From: Nitrosopumilus sp.
GTDB taxonomy: Archaea > Thermoproteota > Nitrososphaeria > Nitrososphaerales > Nitrosopumilaceae
Direction: 5' to 3'
Length of the DNA: 64,000 nucleotides
Assembly (NCBI GenBank): GCA_965218695.1
Contig: OZ244651.1
Coordinates: 1,792,001-1,856,000 of the forward strand
Shown here: in pieces, positions 51,680-63,683 of the stretch
How positions within the stretch are numbered: position 1 is the first letter of the stretch
Layout: each line of letters opens with the position of its first letter
The notes under the pieces: model-generated
What the model was told of the DNA's origin: nothing
Databases searched by the model: none
What the model saw: the letters and a program-made list of their open reading frames with translations, nothing else
Made by a program: the position numbers and the translations under genes

Positions 51680-52219
51680 AACGACATCAAACCGCACCGG
51701 ATCCACGCCGCCTAGCGTGTGCCATGCACGGCGCACCAGAGCATGCAATGTCTAATGTTTGGAGCGTCTTTTCTCGTCATTTGGGAATTCAACGCACCTC
51801 GTAATTTCCAGAGACGGCTGTTGCATCAAAAATTTATGAGCGATTTTGATATGAATTTTTCATTGCTGGTATATGTGTATTTGGTAGTTGAGTCAGCAAC
51901 TTTGCGCATAAATATATGCCACGGAAAGTAAATCCGTGAACGAAAATCAAATTTATCGCAAAATTCCATTCAAATTACTTCCATGACAGAGGACATTCTC
52001 CTCATTTAGTCGTGTAGAGGGATTGAGCCATTCAGTCAAGATGATATGCACATAACCCCCAATGAATAAAGTCTGATATCAATGATTGATGGTCAGAGTA
52101 TAGGACAACATGATTCTCACATAACACATTCCCGATAACGCAGGAGAACCAGTACAGATAGAACTTATAATAAATACTGTCATGGTACATACAGAGGAAA
52201 GCATAGGAGTAGAAGGATA

Positions 52220-53224
52220 TTGAATCAAATCAAAGTTGCAATGGCAGATTCATCCGGTGATGTGCTGATAGATGGTGCAAAGGGGAATAAATCACAATAT
52301 TATTTTTTTCATCATGCCATATTCAGGAACAAGAATTTGGAGATTGATCGTTTCAGTACCTTGGACAGAATCAATGTTTCAAAACTGGAGAAAGATTATG
52401 ACGTAGTGCTGCTGCCACGTATTAACATCAGTTCCAGCCTAGCCCTGGCAGGCATTAAAAACTGCAACATTCCGGTAATTGGAATGCCAAGTGATCCTCA
52501 TACTGTTCTAGTACGAGACATGATCGGACTGGCTGACAGTCTCAAGATCGATTGGTTTTTTGATTTTTATGCTCCGGCTTCCTTTTATGAATACTATCCA
52601 AAGCGATTTCGGTACGAGACAGTTCACATTGGACTAGAGCCATCATTGTACGAGTATCAGATACCATGGGCAGATAGAACGCCGGACAGGATAGCGATAA
52701 CGGGAATACTTGACAAGCCTGATCTTTTGCACAAGATGTATTATCGTGTGTACCTCAAGAGGCCAAAGGCACTGTCATCAGACTTTCACTATAAACTCAG
52801 AACGAAATGTAACAGGCTGCCATATATGATACATGCACGTGACATATACCCCGGACAAGGCACTGACCAGTTAAACCAGATACTATCCGGATTCAGAGCT
52901 GCAGTTGCGGCCACAACCACATTCCCAACTGTAAAATATAAGGAGACACCAGCTGCCGGTTGTCTAACATTCATGGAGATAACTGAGAGAAACCACGGTT
53001 CATTCCTAGGGTACGAGGACGGTAAGAGTGCCGTATTCATAGACGAGTCCAACTACAAAGAAAGATTCCAAGAATACCTCGACGGCCCGGATGACCCTCG
53101 ATGGGAGAGAATAGCGCAGGAGGGTAGAAGGCACGCGTTTGAAAACCTGTCCAACGATAGAGGGGTAGAGATGCTAGTAGGGATAATGCGAAAGGCCTTG
53201 GGGGAGGAGAATGTTGAGATATAG
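52220..53224 (+). CDS. Glycosyltransferase-like protein (CgeB / Glyco_trans_1_2 type)
   Basis: KYKETPAAGCL, YEDGKSAVF and ERIAQEGR motifs. Confidence 0.75.
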   Translation: MNQIKVAMADSSGDVLIDGAKGNKSQYYFFHHAIFRNKNLEIDRFSTLDRINVSKLEKDYDVVLLPRINISSSLALAGIKNCNIPVIGMPSDPHTVLVRDMIGLADSLKIDWFFDFYAPASFYEYYPKRFRYETVHIGLEPSLYEYQIPWADRTPDRIAITGILDKPDLLHKMYYRVYLKRPKALSSDFHYKLRTKCNRLPYMIHARDIYPGQGTDQLNQILSGFRAAVAATTTFPTVKYKETPAAGCLTFMEITERNHGSFLGYEDGKSAVFIDESNYKERFQEYLDGPDDPRWERIAQEGRRHAFENLSNDRGVEMLVGIMRKALGEENVEI

Positions 53225-53500
53225 CGCGGTCATAATAGATAGGAACGAGGAGATGCATCAAAAAGATGGTGGAGTCTACTGAGTCGGTCTCTAGGGCCAT
53301 ATCAGGTCGTATTTGTAGATGACGACTCAACTAATGGAACATCGGATATCCTAAATGATATGCCAGTTACTGTCAAGAGAATACCACACCACGACGGAGA
53401 CGAGTCAGCCTGGAAGCTGTAAACATCTATGAGGGCTCAGTACTCAGAGATACAGCAGCTCGGATAGTCCCATTCAACAGAAAGGTCTTGATGACCATGC
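53211..53500 (+). pseudogene. Degraded GT2 glycosyltransferase
   Basis: MLRYSAVIIDRNEE.. and VVFVDDDSTNGTSDIL pieces with frameshifts; 3' limit approximate. Confidence 0.7.
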
Positions 53501-54569
53501 ATAATTAGGGATCAGTCCACCACGCATGGTGGGTGGGCAAGGTTATCATGTGTTCAACAGACTAATTAGTTACAGACTGCTTTCACAAAATCTAAGAATG
53601 ATTTCTGAAACACAGAAGTATTATATCGTTCTACATGTTTCTGCAAGAAAGGCAGATGATCATCATATTCCCCTGCAATGGCCTTTGCAACCTTCTCTTG
53701 CATCGCATTCAAATCATTAGGCATATACCGCAAATCTGACACCGGTACTGTCTCTTTGGTTCCGCCAGCGTCAGGTACGACCGGCACGCATCCAGCCGCC
53801 ATGGCTTCCACCACCGAGATGCCAAAATCCTCGATCTTTGCATGCAAATATACCTTGGTGCGGCATAATTTGTCTCTCATTTCCTTGGCTGACACGTTTG
53901 GCACTAACTGCACGCTTGGATACTTTGCCCGTAGCATGTCATGGTATCCCCGTTCTTTGGAATCGTGCATTCGTCCCATGATAGTATAGGGTGACTCTAG
54001 GCGTGTCATGACATCGCAAGTAAGCCCATATTGCTTGCCTTCACTAAACGTTCCAACGCTGGCAACGCCGAATCTCTCTGTTTGATCTTTAACCCTAAAC
54101 TTCCCTGTATCAACTCCGGGATATATCACTGTTGATTCATGACCAGTATCCTCGCGTACCATGCCAGCCGTGTATTGGGAGTTTGTAATGACATGGATGT
54201 TTTTGTCCTCTCTTATGCGCCGACGCATCCTTTGCATTCGTCTCTCAAACATGCCGTAATACAGTTTGCGGACTCCCGCACCAGAGGAACGAACTCCATA
54301 CCTGTATCCAGCGTGGTTGTAGAGAATCACAGGTTTCTTTGTATCGGGGATTCCAATCAGGGAATCCGGATATACCAGCACATCACAGTCATGCGCCAAT
54401 CTGCCCACTCTCGCACCGCTGCACCATTGTAATACCAGCAGGCGGCCTAGCCTAAACGGAAGAACGGATCTGCTCTTTCCAATGACATTGCCATGTTTGG
54501 CGAACGTGCACGTGATTACCTCATGTTCTCCATTCAGAGCTTTTCTCATGTCGCTTATGACATGATGCA

Positions 54570-56118
54570 TAGTCGCGGCCATAGCAATCCGGACACCTGT
54601 CGGCCATTAATCCAAAAAATCCCATTGGTGAGTACCAAGAATTGTTTCAAAAATGATTTGCAAGAACCCATTATTTCCTGACATTGCAGCATAATAGGTT
54701 GGCGTGTAAGTCATTCATATTGCAACACAGGAACGAACAAACACACCAAGTTATCTACACCAGATCTCCATTTAAGGTAATTGGTTCGGTGCCATCACGG
54801 CAGCGGGATCACGCCAAACCCAACTGCCGCCCTCAAAAACTTCCATCGGGGAACAAATTCATGCCGAAGACAAGGGCCAGAAAGATAGCCAAAATTGCCA
54901 GAAGGGTAAAGGGGGTGGCTAAAATCAGGATGATGGCTGCCTGTCTGAGAAAAAGGGGCATGAGCATTCGAAAGATAGCAGCAGAACTGTATGTTCCGCG
55001 CAGCACCGTATATGACTGGCTGCTCAGGATGCACAAGCGCGGACCAAAAGGCAGGTTCGACAAGAGGCGCAGGGGCAAAAAGAGGATACTGGACAACGCA
55101 TGCCTCAAGAACCTAAGCAAATGGCTGGCAGAGAAACCTGACAAACACGGACTGGGGGCCGGCGACTGGCAGTGGAATACCATACTGGAGCTGATCAAGG
55201 TCAAGGCGGGAACCGTCTGCAGCATGCGCACGATTCGAAGGGCGCTGCGCAAGATACACAAGTCATACAGAAAACTCAATCCCGTTCCGCATAATTCGGC
55301 TTCAAAAGATGAGCAGGAGAGGTTCAAGGGGGAGACAAGTGCCAGGCTGGAGGATTTACGCACGGAGAAGAAGGGATACGTCGCATTTACGTGGGACGAG
55401 GGAACCGTCCAGATGTATTCGAACAACGGCTACGCATGGCGGACCACCAACGGAGGGGACACGCTTCCAACCAATTTCTCAAAAAAGGGAGCCAAGATGT
55501 TCTGTGCCGTAAGGGAGGGAGGGCTGCACGTGTGGACTGCCGATGCCACAAACTCCGATACGTTTGTGGAGACCCTGAAGGAACTCCAGGGGGAATACCC
55601 AAAAATTGTCATGATCCTGGATAACGCCTCGTACCACAAATCAAAGACAGTCATGAATCATGTCGAATCAGTCAACAAGGATCCGCGTTTGGGCTTGGAA
55701 CTGATATTTCTGCCACCCTACACGCCCCAGCTGAACCCGACTGAAATCCAGATCAGGGAGATCAAAAAACGGGTTGCCGGCATGATGCTTGATTCCGTGG
55801 ATGATCTAAAGGAGACGATCACGACAATGGTCAAACGAGCCGAGGCAAGGCCGGTCAAGCTGATGGACTACCTGCTGCCCAAAAAGGATGATCCGCTTGT
55901 CTCTTGGAACCTGTTCATTGACAGCCTGGATGCGCAAGCATCCTAGGGCATAGTCAGACATTTACAGGCGCAGCACCGATGACGCGACTTGCACGGTCGC
56001 CCACGTGTATTCTGGCGTATTTTTCTGGCATTGCATGAAACCTGCATAATGTGGGATTTAATTGTGGTAAATGATGGGGTTTTTGCTAAAAGTGTCCGGA
56101 TTGCTATGGCCACGACTA
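54570..56118 (+). mobile_element. Element with 27-bp TIRs carrying an IS630-family transposase
   Basis: TAGTCGCGGCCATAGCAATCCGGACAC and GTGTCCGGATTGCTATGGCCACGACTA (one mismatch), flanked by TGCA on both sides. Confidence 0.85.
54861..55946 (+). CDS. IS630-family transposase
   Basis: WDE, LDNASYH and LPPYTPQLNPTE motifs. Confidence 0.92.
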   Translation: MPKTRARKIAKIARRVKGVAKIRMMAACLRKRGMSIRKIAAELYVPRSTVYDWLLRMHKRGPKGRFDKRRRGKKRILDNACLKNLSKWLAEKPDKHGLGAGDWQWNTILELIKVKAGTVCSMRTIRRALRKIHKSYRKLNPVPHNSASKDEQERFKGETSARLEDLRTEKKGYVAFTWDEGTVQMYSNNGYAWRTTNGGDTLPTNFSKKGAKMFCAVREGGLHVWTADATNSDTFVETLKELQGEYPKIVMILDNASYHKSKTVMNHVESVNKDPRLGLELIFLPPYTPQLNPTEIQIREIKKRVAGMMLDSVDDLKETITTMVKRAEARPVKLMDYLLPKKDDPLVSWNLFIDSLDAQAS

Positions 56119-56314
56119 TGCACTCCACCCCCTGTCGTCACTCGATTCAAGGCCATGCCAATCTTCATAATTATTTATTTATTAAATTAGGTTTAATTTA
56201 AATAATGCGTAGTCACGGCCACAGTAACCAGAACACCCGCTAACCATTAATCCGAAAAATTTCATCGATGAGTCCTCAGAATGTCGTTTTAAAAATAGTT
56301 TACAAGAACTCATT

Positions 56315-56906
56315 AGAAGCCATGCGTAATCGCTCCATTTCGCTGAATTAAACCAAAAACCTGGAAAATGTTAATTCTAATTTAATTCTCACCATGTCAA
56401 GCATGTGGGGATCCTGTCCTGCCCAAAATACAAAATAACGTGCGCAGTCTTGCAGTACACCAATGTGCGGGGGATTAGCTACTTGGAGGTATCAGGGACG
56501 TCTGTCTGGTTCCATTCTATCACAATCCCCGGTGCGTCATCAGTTGGTGGTCCCGTCCATATATGGTCCCAAAGAAGATCCAGGTTTACCAGTCAGGTTA
56601 TCATGTTGAGTTCCTTGTTGAATCTGCTGATGGTCCCATCGTACGGATCAATCAGCCGGGAATACCGTTTCAGTCTACCAATGCTGTGCTCCACTGTTAC
56701 CCGGGTGAAATTTACATGGTGGTTGTGCTCCCTCGCCCCTTTTGTCAGGTGGCGATAGTTCTTTGTCCTTTTGTGGGGATACATGTATCTTATGCCAGAC
56801 AGGTGCCTGTCAATTCCTCGGAGACCGCAGTCAGTATACTTGATAATCCTGTTCCGGTCGGGAGTGTCAGGATCATGCATCTTCTCCTCCCACTTCCAAA
56901 CGACAG
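56315..56906 (-). pseudogene. Truncated IS5 (ISL2-type) remnant
   Basis: TIR AGAAGCCATGCGTAATC after ATT; transposase C-terminus (VEHSIGRLKRY) with a stop; the other end is missing. Confidence 0.85.
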
Positions 56907-56935
56907 CGGATGACACTACATCCCAGTCCACGGAT

Positions 56936-58009
56936 CTATTGTATGCCCAGTTCCGTCTTGACAAACTCGATAAATTCTCTTGCAATGTTCTCGCCGGCCG
57001 TATCCTCTACGGCAATCTTTCTGCCATGTTTGCCCATCTGCATGCCCATGTCTGGATTGTCAAGCAGATATGATATCTTTTCAACAATACCATCAGAGTC
57101 ACCTGCATTCACAAGCAGGCCTGACTTCCCATTCTTCATAATTTCTGGGACTCCACCAATATTTGTCGCGACCGCCGGTTTTCCCATCAATAGAGCCTCT
57201 CTGAGTGAAATTGGTGCCATATCTAAACCCGTGAATAAGGCATAGATATCAATTCCCGAGAGGAACTGCCGTACACCATCCGGATAGTCCATGTCTCCCA
57301 GCCACTTGAAGTTGGGATATCTTTCTAGGTTGTGGAGTATCTCTTCTGCGTATGGGCCACTACCTGCCCAGTAGAACATCACGTTGGGGAGTCTTTCAAG
57401 CACGTCATTAAGAACAAGCATTTCCTTGGCCTTGTCCCAGATTGTAGCCTTTTGAACCATACCCACACACGGGTGTTTTAGGCTTCCCTCGTCAGTGTTT
57501 TCCTTAGGGCACCATATGGATGGATCCATGATGGTAGGTAAGACATGAGTTGGTTTGTCAGGCAATCTCTCACGTACTATCCCATCTAGGTATTTGGAGA
57601 TGGGCATGATTATTCTTGAGCCATGCAAGATTTCATAGCCTATTTGTTCCAATTTGCCTATAGCTAAACTTCTTGGAAATGAACTGTATTTGGTTTCTTT
57701 TGCGCATTTTATTTCGGTCCAAAAATCTCCTCCTAGATACACTATTAGAGGAATATCAGATTTGAGTGCAGCGGTTCCAAAATGTCTCAATCCATCAGTC
57801 ATGATTGCGTCTGGATTAAAATCGCTGATCAGTCTGTTGAAACGTCTCATAGATCCTCTCCACTTGTGTATTTTTTTGGTAGGGAACCCGTCCACAATCT
57901 CTATGTTGTTTACGACTTTGCATTCTACACCAAATTTGGAGAGAACTCTACCGAATTCATTCCAATGAAACAATCGGGATTTGTCTCTTGATCCGATTAA
58001 CAGCCGCAT
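56936..58009 (-). CDS. GT4 glycosyltransferase (intact)
   Basis: LREALLMGKPAVATNIGGVPE..SGLLV. Confidence 0.92.
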   Translation of the reverse strand: MRLLIGSRDKSRLFHWNEFGRVLSKFGVECKVVNNIEIVDGFPTKKIHKWRGSMRRFNRLISDFNPDAIMTDGLRHFGTAALKSDIPLIVYLGGDFWTEIKCAKETKYSSFPRSLAIGKLEQIGYEILHGSRIIMPISKYLDGIVRERLPDKPTHVLPTIMDPSIWCPKENTDEGSLKHPCVGMVQKATIWDKAKEMLVLNDVLERLPNVMFYWAGSGPYAEEILHNLERYPNFKWLGDMDYPDGVRQFLSGIDIYALFTGLDMAPISLREALLMGKPAVATNIGGVPEIMKNGKSGLLVNAGDSDGIVEKISYLLDNPDMGMQMGKHGRKIAVEDTAGENIAREFIEFVKTELGIQ

Positions 58010-58611
58010 GAATTACATGTGCAATGTTTTGCTTTTAAATTATAGTGAAATGCAAAAGTTTTGTATAGTACCAAAAGTTCTTTGCCCATCATATGAAACT
58101 ATGGGCTATAGCGACACGTAAAAATTCGTGCAGTAATACTAGATTGCTACGATTAATTATGTTCTTTCTGGTGATCGGTGGATTGACTGGAATAGTTGTT
58201 ACAAGACTCAAGTCGGTTGTTGCCGAATCACTTGCACATGATGCTGAAATCACGCCCAAAATCGATTATTTTTTAAAACTACGACCTTAACCGGCGATCC
58301 TAAATTTAGCGTGTAACCAACATGACTGCAACTAATTCGTTTTTTATTTAAATCGTATTTTCCATCTGCACAAACTTTGACTTTTAGATATAGGATTCGG
58401 CAAATTCATGAGTGATGCCTTCTGAATGTTTTGATCGGAACACATGAGGTTACAAGATCCCAATGCGTGCACCAAATTGTTTCGTTGTATTATCGAACTT
58501 TTAGGCGCAAGTTTGATCTTCTCAAATCCATCAGCAGAAAATACGTTATGCTGTGCACAATCTTTTGAACCTCAGTATAGTTTGGATTCTTGCAGGCCAA
58601 ATTCCTTCAAT

Positions 58612-60159
58612 AGAAAATATGCGTAATCCGGAACTTTTTCAAACTCCGCGCTGACATGTTAGCCCTGCTGTCAAAAATTTATGATCCATCCAATTAAAAC
58701 CAGAATATGCCGGTTCATACTGTTGTCGAATCAGGAAACAAGTGACCTGCAAAAAGAGAACAAGGCTCTCAGATACATGATCAAGCGCCAGGACGCTGAC
58801 ATCAAGCGCCAGGACGCTGACATCAAGCGCCAGGACGCTGACATCAAGCGCTTGGAGGCAGCCGCCAAGCACGAGCAAAGCCTGTGGAGCACGCGGGACG
58901 GCTCCGAGTCCGGAGCCGCAGGGGAGCCCGCCCTGCTGCACCGCGTGGAGGTGTTTGACGACGTCATCGGCGTCGGGAAGAAGCTTCATGACGCGACGCT
59001 GAAGGGCAGGGGGCAATTCCAGTACATACTTGACAGGGCCGAGGCATGGATAAGACAAAGCGGCAAATCCCCGCTCTTCAGGAACGACGAGACGAGGGCG
59101 TCGGATCCCGGGAACCGCTGCAAGCTGTACCCAAGGCACGCGCTACTCATGTCACTGATGTACAAAAAGGGCAACCCCACGCAGGGCGCGCTTGCGGCAT
59201 TCTTTGGAATAGACCAGGCGACCGTGTCCAGGTACATCGACGTCATGGACGCGGTACTCGAGGCGGCGCTGCCCACTGCTGCCAACATATCAAAGGAGAT
59301 AGCAGGCACGGAGACAAAAGAGGATCTCAAAAAAATAATTTCCGGGCCTGACGGGGGCATCATGATGATCGACGGCACGCACTGCCCCATACAGAGGCCG
59401 GACGAAAAACAGATGAGGAGCATGATGTATTCGGGCAAGAAGAAGAAATTCACGCTCAACACCACAGTCTGCATAAATGAAAACGGGGTGATAGTCGCCA
59501 TATCCGGCAGCACCGTGGGATCCGTCCACGACATCACGCTGCTCAGGGAGAGCCCGCTGCCGTTTGGAAAATGGTGGGACCGCATGTGCGACGAGGACAC
59601 CCCCGAAGAGGACAGGATCCACACCCTTACTGACCGCGGCTACAAGGGAATCGCAAAGGATCTGCCCGGCACAAACACCCTGCAGCCGCACAAGAAGACC
59701 AAGAACCACAAGCGCTTTACAAAGGAGGAAAAGGAGCACAACCACGCCGTCAACTCGGCCAGGGTAAAGGTGGAGCACTCCATCGGCAGGCTGAAGCGGT
59801 ACGGCCGGCTTACCGCGCCATACAAGGGAAAGATTGGCGACTTTAACAGGGAATTTAACATAATAACCGGACTCGTAAACCTGGACCTCCTGTGGAACCA
59901 GATGAAGAAAGGACCTCCTTCAGGTAGCACGCTGGGGCCGGTAATAAACTGGGAAGAGGCAAACGTCCCCGGCAGCGCCGTTTCAAACAATTAATTCCGT
60001 GCACATCGTGGTGCTGCAAGGTTGCGCACGTTATTTTGTATTTCTGGCAGGACAGGATCCCCACATGGCTAACATGGCGAGAATTAAATCAGAATTTTTA
60101 ATATTTTCTGGGTTTTTCTGGTTTAACCCAACGAAATGGAGGGATTACGCATGGCTTCT
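58612..60159 (+). mobile_element. IS5 (ISL2-type) element, copy B (inverted relative to copy A)
   Basis: Same TIRs as 33871-35417; TSD AAT; transposase at 58681-59994. Confidence 0.93.
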
Positions 60160-60934
60160 AATATGTACATGAATTTCGTGGCGGTGGCATCGGGCGAAAA
60201 ATTATTCATTATAAATTCTCTCCCATATGTTCCCATCTGCCGTAACATTTCCTTATCAACCAGAAGTTGCGAGATCTTTTCGGCTATTATAGTTCCATCT
60301 CCCCGCTCCACCAAGAATCCTGTTCTACCGTCCTCTAGCATCTCTGGAACACCTCCAATATTTGTCGCAATCACGGGTTTTTTCATCAATGAGGCCTCTC
60401 TCAGTGAACTTGGTAATGCATCTAAACCCGTAAGTAGGGCGTAAATGTCAACCTCTGTCAAAAACTGCCTGACCCCGTCCGGGTACGCCAACTTGCCAAG
60501 GTATTGAAAGTTAGAATATCCTTGTAATTCTTCTAATATTTTATTGACGTACGCGCCGTAGCCTACCCAGTAGAACGTTACATTCGGAAATCTGTCCATG
60601 ACTTGCTTCAATATGAGCATCTCCTTGGCCTTGTCCCAGACTGTGGCTTTTTGCACCAGTCCCACACAAGGATGTTTCAGTGTCATTCCCTTCTCAGGAT
60701 GCCATGCGGATGGATCCGTTCCACTGTACAAAGCGCACACTGGCCTATCAGGGAATCTCTCTTGAACTACTTTCTCAAGATATTTGGAGACTGTTATGAT
60801 AACAGCCGCACCACACATGCATCGTTCCATCGTGTCAGCATATCTCTTGTTGGCAATTCTACTTAGGAACGACATGTGATCTACTTTTTTTCTAGTCTCC
60901 TCTTCCTGCCAGTAGTTTCCTACCAAGTATACTA

Positions 60935-62036
60935 TAGTGGCGATCAAAAGTTCTTGCAAAATAATTCGGCTTTTCTGTTAAAGAATTTGATCAAATCCAG
61001 ATTGAATCTCGCAGTTCGATAGTACTGGGAGACGGCACTGTGCATGTCCAAGAAGGTTTTGTAGTATTCTGAAACAAGCAGGTTCCGTTTTCCCTGGTGC
61101 CAGCATTCTTCCACGGCGTTGAGATACGGTGAGCCTTTTGGCAGGTATATGATCCTGATGTTCTTGTTCTCGCGCAGCAGCGTCCGGACGGCTTTTGCGC
61201 GGTGCGGGGACGCCCTGTCCACCAGGACGGCAACCTTCCCAAAATGCCTCTGCATGGCCTTGAGATAAGCAACAAAAGTGGGCGCGTTAAACCCGCTGGC
61301 AGTCCTGAAGAACTGCCTGCCATCCATTGTAATTGAACCGTACGCGGTAATTCTTTTGTGGCTTCCAGTGTATGGCACGGTTATTGGCACCCCCACGGGG
61401 GACCAATACTTGCGGCCAGATTTTACGTCGTGTATGAAGAACGCCTCGTCTTGCACGGCCAGGACAAAACCGTCTTTTTCTAGGCGTGAAATTCTCTTTT
61501 TGAGGCGATATTGCCAGCTTTTTACGGCTGCCTTGGTGGCCCTGTTGATGTGGATCCTTTGCGACCCCTTGGGGGACAGACCGTATTTTTGCATGATTTT
61601 CCTGATGTTCGTCCTGTGCATCTTTGTTCCCGTCTCCCTGTGTATGACCTGTTGCAGTTCGGCAGGAGTGGTCTTGAACCGGTCTACCTTGTCCAGTATG
61701 CCGTCCATTGCTTCAGGTGAAATCTTGGGCGGCCTGCCGGATCTGGGAAGATCCCGGAGGCCTTGTAGACCTCCATTCTCGAAGCGTTCCAGCCAGTTGC
61801 GTACCCACCTGGGACATCGCAGAAGATTGACGGCCGCATCATCTATGCTCATTTTACGAAAATGTACCATGTGTACTGCAAGCATTCTGGCTCCCACCCT
61901 GAGGTCCTTTTCTTTTTTGTATGCTACTTCGAGTTCTTCCCGTGTTACTTTGATCATGCCGCGTTAGGCGACCGGCTGATCTACATAGTTTTCGGTCTGA
62001 GGTGCTGAACTTGGAACGAACTTTCACTTTTCACTA
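60935..62036 (-). mobile_element. IS630-family element, copy 1 (1102 bp)
   Basis: Ends TAGTG...CACTA; TA duplication; transposase at 60944-61957 (QDE, DRASPH, YLNAVE). Confidence 0.93.
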
Positions 62037-62578
62037 TACCAGCGGTATGCCAGATCGCAGTGCTGCGGCACCAAAATCTCCGGGACTACTGACCACAACA
62101 TCTGGTTTAAAGTCGCAGACCAATCTGTCGAATCTACTCATGCATTGTTTCCACATATACATGTGTTTAAGTGACCGATCAGCCACAAGTGGATCGCTTA
62201 CCGCTCGGCAATCTGCACCAATCTTGGAAAGCTGTTTTATGTATTTCTTCATGTCCCCGCTTATCAGTAGTTTCATGATAATCGCATCACGATTTTTCGA
62301 TGCGGTACATGGAATAAATATACTTTCATAATTCCAGTAGATGGAAATGTATTGTTCAAGAATGGAATAATGCGAAGATGAAAACCAAATAGAACAGAAA
62401 TACTATAAGTGGAAGATCTTTGTGTGTTACTATCACATTTAGTCACACTGACATGTCGACGTTCTTATCTATAGATTTTTTCAAGAATGCCCTATGAGTT
62501 ACAAAATGTACACATTAATGAGAACAGCAACATCAGAGATGTCTTAATAACATGCACACGTCTTGTTTCAAGGTACTA

Positions 62579-63680
62579 TAGTGGCGATCAAAAGTTCTTG
62601 CAAAATAATTCGGCTTTTCTGTTAAAGAATTTGATCAAATCCAGATTGAATCTCGCAGTTCGATAGTACTGGGAGACGGCACTGTGCATGTCCAAGAAGG
62701 TTTTGTAGTATTCTGAAACAAGCAGGTTCCGTTTTCCCTGGTGCCAGCATTCTTCCACGGCGTTGAGATACGGTGAGCCTTTTGGCAGGTATATGATCCT
62801 GATGTTCTTGTTCTCGCGCAGCAGCGTCCGGACGGCTTTTGCGCGGTGCGGGGACGCCCTGTCCACCAGGACGGCAACCTTCCCAAAATGCCTCTGCATG
62901 GCCTTGAGATAAGCAACAAAAGTGGGCGCGTTAAACCCGCTGGCAGTCCTGAAGAACTGCCTGCCATCCATTGTAATTGAACCGTACGCGGTAATTCTTT
63001 TGTGGCTTCCAGTGTATGGCACGGTTATTGGCACCCCCACGGGGGACCAATACTTGCGGCCAGATTTTACGTCGTGTATGAAGAACGCCTCGTCTTGCAC
63101 GGCCAGGACAAAACCGTCTTTTTCTAGGCGTGAAATTCTCTTTTTGAGGCGATATTGCCAGCTTTTTACGGCTGCCTTGGTGGCCCTGTTGATGTGGATC
63201 CTTTGCGACCCCTTGGGGGACAGACCGTATTTTTGCATGATTTTCCTGATGTTCGTCCTGTGCATCTTTGTTCCCGTCTCCCTGTGTATGACCTGTTGCA
63301 GTTCGGCAGGAGTGGTCTTGAACCGGTCTACCTTGTCCAGTATGCCGTCCATTGCTTCAGGTGAAATCTTGGGCGGCCTGCCGGATCTGGGAAGATCCCG
63401 GAGGCCTTGTAGGCCTCCATTCTCGAAGCGTTCCAGCCAGTTGCGTACCCACCTGGGACATCGCAGAAGATTGACGGCCGCATCATCTATGCTCATTTTA
63501 CGAAAATGTACCATGTGTACTGCAAGCATTCTGGCTCCCACCCTGAGGTCCTTTTCTTTTTTGTATGCTACTTCGAGTTCTTCCCGTGTTACTTTGATCA
63601 TGCCGCGTTAGGCGACCGGCTGATCTACATAGTTTTCGGTCTGAGGTGCTGAACTTGGAACGAACTTTCACTTTTCACTA
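62579..63680 (-). mobile_element. IS630-family element, copy 2 (1102 bp)
   Basis: Near-identical to copy 1; TA duplication in a CTAG site; transposase at 62588-63601. Confidence 0.93.
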
Positions 63681-63683
63681 TAG

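Larger units (their letters stand above)
53566..56168 (-). pseudogene. GT4 glycosyltransferase interrupted near its 5' end
   Basis: EDFGISVVEAMAAG motif; the true N-terminus MKIGMALNRVTTGGGV lies at 56168-56121 and rejoins in frame. Confidence 0.88.
58572..62276 (-). pseudogene. GT4 glycosyltransferase (paralog of 56936-58009) interrupted by two IS elements
   Basis: Pieces 62276-62037, 60934-60160 and 58611-58572 rejoin as ...SGIPLVVYLVGNYW...KFMYILKEFGLQESKLY*. Confidence 0.9.
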
